Shown here: piece by piece, positions 38,441 through 52,570 of the stretch
Numbering within the stretch: position 1 is the stretch's first letter
Layout: each line of letters starts with the position of its first letter
Origin: Camelus ferus
Lineage: Eukaryota
Direction: 5' to 3'
NCBI RefSeq assembly: GCF_009834535.1
Contig: NC_045697.1
Location: 38,194,001-38,258,000, forward strand
Length of the DNA stretch: 64,000 nt
Position numbers and translations under genes: made by a program
The notes under the pieces: generated by a model
Told to the model about the DNA's origin: nothing
The model's input: only the letters and a program-made list of their open reading frames with translations
Database searches by the model: none

Positions 38441-40668
38441 TAGAGTGTAATGATACAAATGAATGGAATTTAAAAATAAAGTTAAATGGTTACTGGAAGA
38501 ATTAGGATTTTTGTTCCAAAGGAAACAATACAAGGAGAAATTTCAAAATGCTATTTTCACTGCTTTTGGGAAGAGGATCACACAAGATCACAATGTGAAG
38601 ACTCCTGACTTTTGATTGTTTATGTTAATAGACAGAAATTTTTAAAAACTACTGCTTAAACTCTGTAGACTTGAAAAAAATATCAAAAATTCCTGAAGTA
38701 ACTGCCATATCACAGAAATATCCTCAAGATAATGATTGGTTTCTATGAACTAAGACTAGAACAGTCAATAGGACCACCATGGAGTCACGAGAATGAGGCC
38801 AACAATAAGTAAGTGACGGAAAAGGAAGGAGAAGCCATGTGGAACTGAGAACTAATATATTTATGACAAGCACTGTAATGGAAAAGGTCTGGTATTCAAG
38901 ACTCAACTGGATTTAAAGCATCACAGAAAGAGCAGGAGGACTCCACATTCTGTTTTCTCGCCTCTATATTGTGAAAGTGTGGATGACAGCCAGTCATTCT
39001 CAGCCAAGTTTTGAAGTGCATCATTTGGCTGCCAGATGCCCATTTACTAATTGGATCACCAGTCTCCTCTCTATCTCACTGACACAAGGATTCCAGGGCT
39101 ATCCATTTCTTCTGCGGCATTAAAATTTAAGAATGCCACATATACAATAAACCATAAAATATTCACAAGGGCCTGTACTCTACTTTTGTATTACTATTGT
39201 AACTCCAGAATGATCCTTCAGGAGCCTACATGAGTGATGTGAAGGAATGCCAATACTAAATAGGTTTCTCATGCTGAAACATTTAATTTTATACTTCCAG
39301 AGCACTTGATGCACTTGTGAATATTCATGGTTTGATTTGAATTATCATCTTCCTCAAAATTTTTTTCTTGTTAGGCATATAAATACAACTGCTCCAGCCT
39401 AACAAATACAGAAATCAGAGTATTTTTGTTAGGAACAGAAAAAGAAAGATTTAATACCTCCACATTCAAAAATAAAAGTGTCTTCATTAATATACATATG
39501 GCTATATATGTATATTATATATTGAACTCTGAGAAGAGCTTATGAACATTACTATTAATAGATACACTGATTCATATTTGGTTTTGTTCTCCACTTAAAA
39601 GGATATTTTGAATAAATTTCAATATCAATCTTCACTAAATGAACTAGTGCTTAATATAAGTAACTCTCCATTAAAATTTCTAAATATCCATGATTTTTAA
39701 GATGAGACTTCATGTTAATGCTACATTTTAAACTTTTTCCAAGAAAGATTCACATACACAATAGATCTTGTATTAAACAGGGTTCTGGGTTGCAGACAAC
39801 AGAATCCACTCTGATTGATTGAGAGAGAGAAAGAATTCACTACAGGTATTAGATAGCTTATAGAATCTTTGGAAAGGTTAGTGAAGTAGTTTCTAAGCCA
39901 AACTTCCAGGAATAACTTTGGATGAAAATGCTAAGCAGACCCCAGAACCAAAGTTTGTCTCCACCACAGTCAGGAAACTGGTGCTACCACAACTGAACAA
40001 AGAATCATGTGGTTTTCGCTAGTTCCTGAATTAGCAAAATGGATGTTCCATGTCCTACCTCTTCACCCACATGTATTAATTGCAAACCAAATGTCATGAA
40101 TATGTATCTGTCAGAATCTAAACCAAGTATTTATAAAAGAAAGTGGGGAGGGTCTAGAAAAGGTAGTTTTTGTTACATTGTTTTGTTTTTGTTAATATGC
40201 TACATTGAGATGGTAAGGTTTACATTATGGAGAAATACCACAAAAATGTAGTTTTTTCAAAGGATTTTGGGTAACCCCAAATTGCAAATGTCAACTTCAA
40301 CCTTTATCATAAAATTCAGGGTACCTTACCTAACACATTTTGCATGTTTTTCCTTTTTCTAGATAAGCAAATGGACTGTTTTGGTAGTCCAGTCTTTTTT
40401 TTTTTTTTTTTTTTTTTTGGTATTTTGCTTGTAAGTTTTAGCCTTTGTCCTAGTTTCAATCCTAGTTTCCCTCAGGTTGGTTTGAAAATTCATCATTACA
40501 CTACAGTTCAAAGCACAAACCGCCAATTATTACATATTTCTTTTGGTCAGTATTCAATTTGTAACATGTCTTTTGTCTTTAAAGTTTTGTTAAACTCTAT
40601 TCACCATCGGCCACTGCTTTTCTTAGGGAACTGCCAAGATCCAAATGGAATATTTTTGTGTCACTTAC

Positions 40669-40760
40669 TCTTGACAGATTATGGTCTGGCAAAGTTGGAG
40701 CTGTACTTCATTTGGCAAACTGTGAAATGACCTATTCTTCTTTAGACATAGTTAAAGTTA
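40669..40760 (-). pseudogene. Coding-derived exon LCLKKNRSFHSLPNEVQLQLCQTIICQ(E) (N-terminal helices of cNMP domain 1), acceptor destroyed
   Basis: Donor ga|gtaagt (GT at 40668-40667), phase 2, compatible with the 36.6-kb exon. F-x-x-L-P-x-E-x-Q-x-Q-L-C helix motif. At the 5' end a poly(T) tract runs into TAA CTT TAA with no AG. Confidence 0.75.
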
Positions 40761-41374
40761 AAAAAAAAAAAAAAGAAGAGAAAAAAATCAGTAATAGCCT
40801 AGAAAAGGGCTAAAGGAAAAAGATTATGATGCTTTGCAATTAGCTCAGACCCCTTCAATGTTTCTGATAACCAAAACAAGAGTAGATTTTATGTGTTCTC
40901 CAAAGTCTAGCCATTCTGTATGTGGTAGATGTTGGTAATCAAAATTTTCCATATCTGGATTCATGAGAATTTGATATGATCCTAATAGAGTAAAACATCT
41001 CCTATGAAAGGGAAGGAGACATTGATACAATGAGTAGATGGTCTTCCCCAATATTCATAAAGTTCTGTGATGTTAGGCCCCTAACCTCTGTGAAGAATTT
41101 GGTAAGGAATCCTTCAGGATGTAGCTTGCCCAGAAAAATAGTTAGGATAAATCATGGACCAGAAAAATAAAATCTGATGGCGTCCAGGAGTCCTTTACCG
41201 AAAGATACCTTGAAGTGAAAAGTTCAAGCATGCCTTTTTTTCCCTTTTCCAAAGTATTCGATTTTAATATGCATTAATATTGCGCCTGCCTGCTATCACA
41301 GAGAAGGAACTGTTGAAGTGGCCACTAAACCTTTAAAATGTTTGCATTTTTAAAACATCTGAAAATAAAGATAT

Positions 41375-44300
41375 GTTCATAACCCCTACCTCACACTGTA
41401 TATAAACTCGAAAAACGGACCTATGATGTAAATATAAGACGTAAAAATATTAAACCGGAAAATATAGGGGTAAACCTTCATGACCTTGGATTTGGTAATA
41501 GATTCTTAAATACAACACACAAGCAGCCATAGAGAAAATAAACTGGACTTCATCAAAACTTAAAACTTTTTGCATCAAAGGACATTATCAAAGAAAGTGA
41601 AAAGACAACCAATAGAATGGGAGACAATCCTTGCAATCATATATTTGACAATGGTTTAATACCCAGAATATATAAAGAACTCCCAACTAGATAGCAAAAA
41701 GACAAACAGGCCAATTAAGAAATGAGCAATGGATTTGAATAGACATTTCTCCAAAGAAGATATACGAATAGCCATGAAATGGTACACGAAAAGATGCTTA
41801 ACATTCTTAGTTACTTGGGAAATGCAAATCAAACACAGGATGAGATACCACTTCACACCTACCAGCATAGCAATAATAATAGTAGTAGTAGTAGAATAAA
41901 ATAAGAAGTATTGGTGAGGATGTGAATTAACTGGAACCCTTGGGCATTGCTGGTGGGAATGTAAATTGTACAGCTGCAATGGAAAACTGTATGGCAATTA
42001 CTCAAAAAGCTATAGAATTATCATACAACCCAGTAATCCCACTCTTAGGTAACCCCTTCCTTGACTCCTAATTCCTGGCAGCCACTAATCTGTTTTCTTT
42101 CCCTATAGCTTTGCCTTCCATGATACCATATAAAGAGAATCATACATTATGTTACTTTTTGTGTCTGGCTTAGCAAAATGCATTTAAGATCATCCTTGTC
42201 TTATGTGAATCAAGTTTGTTCTTCTTTATTATTCAGTCGTGTTTCATCGTATCAGTTTGTTTATTCATTCATTGTTGAAGGATATTTATAAGTATGATCC
42301 TTAAATTAAATACTAAATAATTAAAATTCCATTTAATTCTTAAATAAGTATAGATTTGTGTTAATACTTAGATTTTTTGAAATTTGATGTTTATGATGTA
42401 CAGGCTTAATTTACTATTTATATGGCCACTTGACTAACTAAAATTCCTCATTTTCTGACCTGCTGGTAACAGTTTTCTGCAATGGCTACTTGATTGAAAA
42501 ATTTGAAATTTTAGAGTGCTTAAAACCTTAAGTATCAATTTCTACATGTTGTGACCATAGCTTTTAAATTTTTAATGCCATTTAAATCATTCTTAAGTAT
42601 ACTATTCAATGGCAAGAATTACATTTACACTGTTGTGCAACCAGCACCACTGTTTCCAAATCTTTTCCATCATCCCATATAGAAAGTATGGCTATTAAGT
42701 AATAACTCTCCATTACCCCCTCATCCCAGCCCCTGGCAAGCACTGTTCTATTCTCTGCTTCTGTAAGTTTGACTACTCTAGATACTTCAAATCAGTGGAA
42801 TCATGTAGTATTTGTTGTTCTGTGACTGGCTTATTTCAATTATCACAATGTCCTCAAGGTTCATCCATATTTTTATGTGTATCAGAACTTCATTCTTTTT
42901 GAAGGCTAAATAACATTCCACTGTATGGATATACTACAATTTCTTTATCCATTCATTTGTCAATGGATATTTAGATTATTTCCACATCTTGGCTATTGTA
43001 AATAATGCTACAATGAAAATAGGAATGCTAATATCTCATCAAATCCCTGATTTCAACTGTGATTTCAATTCTTTTTGGAAAAATATCAGAAGTGGGGCTG
43101 TTGGATCATATGATAGTTCTACTTTTAATTTTTTGAAGAATTTCAATACTGTTTTCCACAGTGGCTACACCATTTTACATGCCCACCAGCAGTATACAAG
43201 GATTCCAGTTTTTCCACTTCCTTGCCAATACTTGTTCTCTTTTTATTTTTTTCATAATAGCCATCCTAACAGGTGTGAGGTGATATCTTATCATGGTTTA
43301 ATTTCCTGATGGTTAGTGGCCTTAAGAATCTTTTCATATACCTGTTGGCCACTTGTATGTCTTCTTTGGAGAAATGTCTATTAATTCCTTTGCCCATTTT
43401 TTAATCAGGTATTTGGTTTTTTGCTATTGGGATGTAGCAGTTTCTTACATATTTGAGATAGTAAGCTTTTATCAGATAAATGGTTTACAAACATTATCTG
43501 TCATCCAATTGGTTGCCTTTTTTATTTTGTTGATTGCTCCCTTTGATGTGCAGAAGCCTTTTAGTTTGATATAGTCTACTTGTCTGTTTTTGCTTTTGTT
43601 GCCTGTGCTTTCGTCATATCAATGAAACAACTGCCAAGATCAATGTCATGATGGAATATATCTCTTTCACAATAGTGTCAAGAAGAAAATACTTAGGAAT
43701 AAAATTAACTAAGGATGGAGAAGACTGTACACTGAAAACTATAAAAACACTGATGAGAGAAATTAAATAAGTTACAAACAAATGGAAAGACATCTCATGT
43801 TCATGGCTTGGAAGGCTTACTATTGTTTAAATATCCAGACTACCCGAAGCAATCCAGAGACTCAAATCAATCCCTATCAAACTCCAATAGTTTTTTTTTG
43901 CAGAAATAGAAAAGGCAATTCTAAAATTAATATGGAACCATAAAGGACACTGAATAGCCAAAACAATATTGAGAAAGAAGAACAAAGCTGGAGGTATCAT
44001 ATCTCCTGATTTCAAAGTATATTACAAAGTCACGGTAATTAAAATAGTATGGTACTGGCATAAAGACAGATACAGAGCAAATGAACAGAATAGATAGCAC
44101 AGAAATGAATCCACACACATATATAGTTAACTGATCTTCAACAAGAATGTCAAATACACACAATGGGGAAAGGATAGTCTCTTCAACAAATGGTGTTGGG
44201 AAAACTGGATGTCCACATGCAAAAGAATGAAATTGGACCTTTATCTTACACCATACACAAAAATCAATTCAAAATGGATAAAAGACTTAAATGTAAGCCC

Positions 44301-46015
44301 TGAAGCTGTAAAACTTCTAGAAGAAAACAAGGGGAGAAGATTCATGATATTGGTCTTGTCAATGATTTCATGGATAAATAACTTTCTATAACAGAGTTTT
44401 GATATTCTAAGGCTAAAGACGAAAGGCTAAAGACAAAACACTATATTCTTGTTGGTAAATATGTATCTCACAGGTCTAGGTTAGTAATTCTGAAACTACT
44501 TTACATATATACTAGAGTTGAAAAAATAAGAAATATGTTGTAGATAGTGACAGTCAGGTTTGTACCTGGGGGAGAAAGAAGTTTCAAATAAGTAAATGGG
44601 GAATGTTAGAGTAAATCCTAAGGTAACAGACTGAATTTGGAGATATCTATATGAACTAATGTTTATTTTAATATATATACAGATGGATATATACAGAAAT
44701 GAATATAGATACATGGGTTAGTATACTACAAACACTTGTTAACTCTTTGCACTGAAAGGAGCTAGAAGTAATGACTCTCCAGTTGTAACAAGAACACCTA
44801 GAGGTCAGATTTTGGTTTCTAAATACCATTTTCCAATAAAAGAAACTATGCTTCTTAAAGAATGGCTGGTTTGGGGACTAGGGCATAGAGAATACAAAAT
44901 AAATCTGGAGAATCTTACAATGCCAGAAAGTAAGTTGATGATAAAAATAATAGTAATAAAGAAAATTAATTAAAAGATGTGGGTCTGTCCAAAGGACACA
45001 TGAGCCAACCCTTGAGAGCTCCTGATAGCCAGAGCTGGAATACTTTGAGCAATATGATAAATAATGATAATAATGAGTTACAACCCAAAGAATAAAGTAA
45101 GTATCCATAAGGTAATAAATATCTGTAAGACCATACTGATAAAAATATACAGCTGAAAGAATGAATGAATAAAAAGAGGCAGTTCTTCCCAACAGAATTA
45201 TAAATGCAGAAAGAATAAGGGAAATAAATCACCATTAAAGTATCAAAGTAGTAACTGCTGCAGGCAAGATCCACTGATGAGTGCTGAAACTAGTGAGTGA
45301 AACTTTAAAGAGAAACTAGCACCCACACTGTCTCCAAGGATCTCCTACAAAATATTTATTACTTACTGTGGTGGTTTTAACATATGTCTACAATTTCTTA
45401 AATACTCCTCCCTCCAGAAGATGGATCTTAATTCCCCTGGACTGGACTGGACTAAGTAACTCACTTTCAGAGGACAGAACATGGAATGGGGAAATGATAA
45501 CTTTCCATGGAGAATCCTGGCAAATACGACCTTAGCCAACTGATCAAGGATAACATCACCAGTAATAAGACATATTGATGTCACGTACCCAAGAGCCATA
45601 ACCTCAGTCTGATCATGAGAAAAAAGGAAACCCAAACTGAAGGACATTCTACAAAACATTTAACCAGTACTCCTCAAAAGTGCCAAGGCAGTAAGATAAG
45701 GGAAAAACTAAGGAACTGTCACAGATTGAAGGAGAGTAAGGAGACACAAAAACTAAAAGCAGTTGTGGTCTCCTGACTTGAATCTTGGAACAGAAAAAAA
45801 AGATGGTGGAAACACTGGGGAAATCTAAATAGTCTGTAGTTTAGTTAACAGTATTTACAGAACTAATCTTAATTTCTTAATTTTGGTCATTGTTGCATGG
45901 CTGTATGAGACATTATTAACATTTGGGGAGGCTGGGTAGAGTGTATATTGGAACTATCTGCACTACCTCTGCAACTCTTCTGCAAGCCTAAGATTATCAA
46001 CATAAAAAGTTTAAA
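41375..46015. mobile_element. Cluster of nested L1 fragments in both orientations
   Basis: + ORF2 ~41380-42050; - 3' fragments ~42050-42290 and ~42560-43650; + ORF2 ~43650-44380 ([27 protein letters not shown]); + L1MC-type 3' UTR ~44400-46015. Confidence 0.85.
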
Positions 46016-47166
46016 AATTGTTTAGCTTCAGCTGAACACAGGGGTTACACTCAGTAACCTGAAATAAATGGGTCTCAGTCCCAGGTAACTGAAGCCCAAA
46101 ATAAAAGCAAATCAGCAGTATCCAGTTATTACTATTCACCCATGCAATTTAAATGTCCAAGATTCCCAAGCTTAAATCTCCCATAGTACGCATATGATTC
46201 ATAGAGTGAGTAAATATCTATTTTACACCCTCAGAAAGACAATTCTATATTTAAAATAGATTCTATGAGAAAGATAAATTTAACTTAAATCATGTTTATT
46301 TATACTACTTTTCCCAAGTTGTAAATTCACTGTTAAGTTGAGGACTGTCTGGATCCAGACATGAATTTTAGCTCATAGTTACAAGAACTTACATGGCTAT
46401 GATACTTACCACTGTTGGATCCTCCCAGACTAAAATGGTATTGGTGGATTCAAGGCAATGTCACAAGCACAGAAAACACTGACTTTTAGAAATGTCTGAT
46501 GCCAAAGATGATGAATACTTGTAATAGAGCACTTTATTTTTTAGGATACTTTGAAATGCTTAATATCTTAAAATGTTTAAAAATCAATACCTCTTTTTAC
46601 TTTATAGCTGGTTTACAAAATATCCTTAAGAGGCTAAAAAACAACAAATGTAAATCCAATTTACCTAAGTATATTAAAATTTTAATAGAAGCAGAGACGG
46701 TCCACCTAATCTCCTAGGGACAGAGATTTATATCTACATGATGAATCACTTTGTAGTTTGTTCAAAGATTAGTAAATTAAAATTACAGAAAACATTTTAA
46801 TAGGCTTAAATAAATGTATTTATATTCAAAATCAATTATTTATCTCAAATACATACCTCAAACATAACACATAGTAGGAACTCAATGATTACTATTTATT
46901 TAATTAATATTATGATACAAATAAAAGAAAAAATTGTTTCACTACCAAAAGAAAACATATATATTCAAACCATCTTTATTTAACCCCATTTTGTTTTCTA
47001 AACTTCTAAAATTAAGGCAAGGGTTAGGAGAGTAAAAATGTAAGAAAAATAATCCAGCATGGTGTTTTTATAGTGTTAACCTGTATTTGCTTAAAATGAT
47101 AGAAGAAAAGCATTATTAATAACATTAGAATAATCATATATCAAGAAAAAATCTTTATTTCTTTAC

Positions 47167-47237
47167 CTGAGATTTTCTTGGTTTCTATGCTTAGGTTGAA
47201 TTAACAAAAATGTTTTCAGCTTTTCCAAATCTTTGCT
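47167..47237 (-). pseudogene. Coding-derived exon SKDLEKLKTFLLIQPKHRNQENL(R)
   Basis: Acceptor tttgttttacag|, donor cag|gtaaag. 71 nt, phase 0->2, open. The P-x-x-R-x-x-E-x-L motif is typical of the helix preceding the cNMP domain in CNBD/RAPGEF-type proteins. Confidence 0.75.
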
Positions 47238-49530
47238 CTGTAAAACAAAGCGTGTTTACATTGAATATATCCTATCTGTCCCCCATGAACGTACTTTTTT
47301 CCTAAAAATTTGGAAAGGATTTACAGCCTGGATCAACAAAGCGATATTTCTTGTTATGAGTATAAGGCGCCCCATGAATGCAGATTACTCTCATGTCAAC
47401 TCCGTTGAAGAGAGATCACATTCACCAAACAGACTCCATGAACATTTACAAAAGTGTCAAGAGTAGTTGTTTCCTTTTTACCTAGGGAATTCAGTTTCAA
47501 AATAGTGTTAACTGACTGAGGGCTATGCTCTAAGCGAAACACAGACTCAGTTCAGTTGAGTTTATTTATCCCAGTATAGGGTCTTTGTTTAACTTTTTAT
47601 TCCAGGTCTTAGGCATCAATATGAAAAAGTATGACCTTCATCCTGTATCTTGATATCAATTTACTCTTCACATCCCATAACCAATGATGAGAATCTGAAT
47701 ATAGATCTAAGACATTTCTAGACTTACGCTGATAATTTGTTCTTATTAATAGTAATAATAACAGTAATTTATTGAGCATTTAGTATGTATCAGGCACTAT
47801 TCCAAGTACTTTACATCCCTTGACACAGTTTACATGTTTTGCTTTCCTATATAAGGAAGAAACTCTCTGGCTATTTAAAATGCCTATCAAGGACACACAG
47901 GGAATATGTTGACTTAATTCTTCTGGTTTTTAGTAGCTATCTTTAAAAGGAATGAATGACAGCACTACTACAGTCTACCCAAGCAATATAGAAGAGATGA
48001 TACAACATATTATCCTTAAGTCAAGGAACAGGGCTCCACTACACCTCCAGTCTACACTTGGAACTACACTGTACAGTGTGAAGCAAATTTACCCTCCCAT
48101 CATGACTGGCACTGTTCTAATGGGATCTAGTAACATCATTCATGTATGCTCATGAAAAATGAACTTTTACCCAGTTTAACCCTATAATCTACTCATATGA
48201 ATGCCAGCATCTAGAAGAGAATTATTATTGATATGATTAACATATAATAATTTAATTGTACCAAATTAAAAAAAGAAAACAGAGGAAAGTGCATTGCTTC
48301 ATTTGATGTTAAGATATTTCCCAAATAAACATAAGAATTTAACTCTATTGAGCATAATAAACTATAATTTTGGTGATTAAGTTTTACTCTGTGATAGATA
48401 GAATATATATATGAATAATAAGTTCAAATTATTTTTTATATTAAAATTTAAAACTGGCCTACAAAACACATATCACTATGAGAAGAGCTAATACATTCAT
48501 ATGCATACAAAGAATGGTGGAAAATACACCAAAATGTTACAATTGATTATCTGTCATCTTGGGCATGGGATTTTTAGTCATTTTTATTTTCTTCTTTTTT
48601 AATCTTTCTATAATTTCCAAATTTCCTACACTTAACCTATACTACTTTAATTTCAAATTTTTAAAAACACCTACAATCTTTTCTGATTATGAAAGTAACA
48701 TATTTACATTTGAAAGTGACAATCTATTGAAATTCTACCAACCACAATTATGTTTTGAGGCTAAAGTTATATTTTTCTATTTTATGGCCCAACTTTTTTC
48801 AATACTATATTGTTTACTTCTTTCCACATGTACATCATCATTTTTAATAGCTGCATCATGCTCCATTATATGATCTATCATAACATATGTAACTCAGTTA
48901 CCCCTCAGAACTCAATTTAGATATCACTTCCTTGAGACACCTTCACTTCCTCCCCAAGTCTGGGTTCAGCTCCCCTCAAATGTGTTTCAGCCACAGTCTA
49001 TAACATCAGACTGCGCTCAATAAATGTTTAGTTGGCTGTCTTCTTTCCTAAAACACAAGCTATATGAGAGCAGAGACCATCTATGTCTGATTAATTGTTG
49101 TAGCCCCATACCTACTACAGTGCCCAATAAATGGTTGTTGAAATATAAGTTGCTTCCTTTTTAAAAAAAACAAAAACAACAATAGAATCAACACTCCTGC
49201 ACACACAAATTTGGGCACTTACCCAGTCATTCTTATGGCATAAATTCCTAAAATTGAAATTGCAGAAGCAAAGGTATACACATTTAGAATTGTAATACAT
49301 ATTGCCAGTCCTCAAAATCCCTGTAGAAATTTACATTCACACCACAGAAAGGTGTCTATTTCTTCACGTGCTTGAAATACTGAGTATTGTCATCCTTTTT
49401 TTAACCTTTAACCAAGGTGATATCATTTTTATGTATTACTTTTACAATTAGATAAAAAATTTTTTAAGATATTACAGATTTCGCTATTCTAGACAGCTAT
49501 TAATTAGGATGCAGATTTAAAAATACTAAC

Positions 49531-49639
49531 CAAGTTATATTTAGACTAATTGCTTATGCTGAATAATAGTTCATTCACAGAATGGTTCTTCATGAAGTAA
49601 AACGGTGCGCATTCTTCTGCTCGACCCTTTCCAGGGTAC
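49531..49639 (-). pseudogene. Coding-derived exon YPGKGRAEECAPFYFMKNHSVNELLFSISN*SKYNL
   Basis: Acceptor tctctccttcag|, donor ttg|gttagt. 109 nt, phase 2->0, joins in frame to the 47-kb exon. In-frame TAG at 49546-49548. Confidence 0.65.
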
Positions 49640-49984
49640 CTGAAGGAGAGATGATATAAATGTATAGAAAAATGTATGTGATATGTACTTGCTTGGCAGA
49701 GAAAACGTGCAAGAAAATCAGCCAACATGGAGATGAACTGACTGGAGTAGAACATACACAGTTTAACGTGCAAGTTAGGATCTGGGGGAAAACTCTAAGG
49801 TACGGATTCAAAAACCAAGGAAGATGCTGTCTTACTGCTCTAGAACTGCATTTCCAAAAGCTTACTGTCACTGTCCACAGGGATGCTACCAGTACCCCAA
49901 ACTCAGTGTGTCCAAAACAAAACTCCTATTTTTCCTCTCTTCCCCTAGAATACTTAGTTAATTTTGGATCCAGGCCTATATCTA

Positions 49985-50290
49985 GACTCACACTGTCCAA
50001 TATGTAAATATCATTCATACAAATTGAGATGTGCTGTAAGTGAAGTACTCAGTGGACTTCAAAGACTTGGTATAAAACAGAATGTAAAATATCTCATTAA
50101 TAATTTTTATATAGATTACTTGTTGAAATGATCATATTTTAGAGACACTGGGTTGAAAATATATTATTAAGAAATAATTTCACCTGTTTGTTCTCCCCCT
50201 TTTTTTTTAAAGTGGCCACTAAAAATGTAAAATTACATGTGTGGCTCACATTTGTGGCTTGCACTGTATTTCTGTTGGACAGCACTGATA
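49985..50290. mobile_element. MER3/MER33-like hAT-Charlie element
   Basis: Terminal inverted ends cactgtccaata ... tgttggacagcactg, with internal ggccactaaaaatgtaaaattacatgtgtggctcac. Confidence 0.7.
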
Positions 50291-51623
50291 CAGACCATTG
50301 AGATCTAGACCACTGAGCTAGATCAAGAGCTGGATTATGAAGCTAACCATCAGTTGTTGTGCTCTAAGAATCCTCTAGAAAGGAGCGAGAGGAGAAAGGA
50401 GTTAGTGGGGAACTGGGTTGGTTGAACTTTGAGGAGCCAAAGAAAGGGATTTCCAGGCATGAGACAAAGAACCATAAAGCAAAGATGAGAAAATTAGGTT
50501 TGAAATGCCAGATTATCTAGAACTATGGCACTCTGCTGCTTTTGCCAGAGCCTTCAGCAGTGCCTCAGAACATTCTAAATATGTCTGAGCTGGACTATGA
50601 GGTAGCAAACTTGAGCCAAAGAGTTAAAATGGGCAAGTATGTCTCATGTAGCCAGGAGCAATCAATAAGAGAGCCAAGAGAATGTCAAACCTGAAGGGCA
50701 GAAATCCACTGCCCCACCCATCAGGAGACTCCTTGTCCAGTCCCAAGCTTGCAGTTCTGAGTTTGGGTGGAGAGTTGAGTTTGTATGTTTTTATTTTGGT
50801 TGTGTAGTTCAAGGACGGCATCACTCCCTCACATGGCCTCCTTTAACCTGTCACTAAACCCAAGTTGTCCCAATCCCAAGGTCTACCTGAACCTCATCAG
50901 AATTTGTCACACGTGAGATCTGTGCCTTGAATGCCAAAGCTATCATCAGCATCAAACTTTGCATGCATCTCCTTTCCTATGAGCAGATGGCAGCCTGGCC
51001 CCAGTTACTTCAACATCCCTCCTGGTTTTAGCCCATGGAAATCCCCGCATGCCTTGTGCTCAGGCATGCCCAGCTACTGAACAACTGAAGCTCATGACCT
51101 CTAAAGTCTTTTTCAACCTTATGTTACTAAAACAAAAAACAGTGGTTGCCTGGAACCAGAAAGGGGCTGTGGAAACTTTGAGGAGTGAAGTCTATTTTCA
51201 TTATTTTGACTGTAGTGATAGTTTGCGGGTATATGCATATATCAACGTATCAAAAAGTACACTTTCACTACGTCAACTGTTTCTCCATAAAGCTTTTAAA
51301 AACAGCATTAACACATTTCCTTCTCATAACCTGTTTCATCAATCAAGAACTCAATGCATAACTACTTATCTGTCACCTACTCTGGCTATCTCCATCCCTG
51401 GTTGGAATAGGGTTTTCTTTACCAGCTGGCATCTAAAAGAAGCCATTCTATTATTTCCTTTACACAAAGTAGTATTTTAGCAGCATAGCTTCCTTAATAT
51501 ATTTCACTGTGCTAACTGTAAGAGAAAGTCATCTGATATATGTTTGAAACTAGTGAGTTGTCTTTCCATAGACTTATCATTAGGGAATAAAGAATAAAAT
51601 TCTGAAAACTTCACAACCCAGTA

Positions 51624-51964
51624 CAGACACACCTCTTTTTATTGTACCTCACAGATACTGTGGGGATTTTTTGTTTTTGTTTTTTACAAATTGAAGGCTT
51701 GTAGCAACCCTGCATTGAGCAAATCTATCAGCAAAAAGATTACGACTTGCTGAAGGCTCAGATGATGGTTAGTATTTTTTAACAATAAAGTATTTTTAAA
51801 TTAAGGTATGTACATTTTTTAGATAAAATGCTATCACACACTTTTAATAGACTATAGTGTAAAAATAACTTTCATATGTACTGGGAAACAAAATTCATGT
51901 GAAACACTTTATTGTGACAGTTAATTTATTGCAGTGGTCTGGAACCAAATCTGAGGTATGCCTG
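51624..51964 (+). mobile_element. Internally deleted Tigger1-like DNA transposon
   Basis: TA|cagacacacctc ... gaggtatgcctg|TA: terminal inverted repeats with a TA target duplication. Confidence 0.8.
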
Positions 51965-51979
51965 TACAGCAGAGTAGCT

Positions 51980-52570
51980 GTGTTATGTCGGGTTTCACAG
52001 AAGCAGAGCCTGAGATAAGGATGCTTGTCCTAGTGATTTGAGGTTCTCAGGTGAAAACTAGAGGGAAGTGGGGCGAGCAGAACAGGGAAAGGGAAGAAGC
52101 AAAGCAAAGATGTAGGTCCAGCTGTATCCCCAGCCTGATCCCACAGGCAGCTGTGGAGTATGAACGACACTGCAAAGCTATTCCCTTTTGAGGCAGGAGG
52201 TGTCTTCCTAGCAATCTTCCTTCAGCTACAGACCACACCTGCAAGTCTTGGGGTGTAACCACCTGGGCATTTCCCAGTGAGGCTGTTCCATTAGCAAGGG
52301 CTAGTCTTGAGAGAAGGCGCAGCTGTGAGCTGTTGGCAGCCTATACTCTTAGCAGCTGGAGAATAGGGCCACCCACCTACCTGAAAAACTCCATATTTCA
52401 GTTTTCTCATCTGTAAAATGGGACTCATAATAGCAGCTACTTCATATGCTTGTCAAAACTAAATAATAATGCAGTTAAGCACTCAGAATCTCACTTTGTA
52501 TTAAATAGTATATGTAATTTGCTTAGAATCACGCATAAGCACATAGTAAATTCTCAATAAATATCATGTT
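51980..52570. mobile_element. Old MaLR LTR fragment followed by MIR
   Basis: gggtttcacagaagcagagcctgagataagga...gcagctgtgagctgttggcagcc, then tttcagttttctcatctgtaaaatggg. Confidence 0.6.

Noticed and set aside
46410..46429. 20-nt micro-exon candidate (ttttag|...gtg|gtaagt) on the minus strand
   Set aside because: It would shift the frame between the 47.2-kb and 40.7-kb exons, which already join sensibly.
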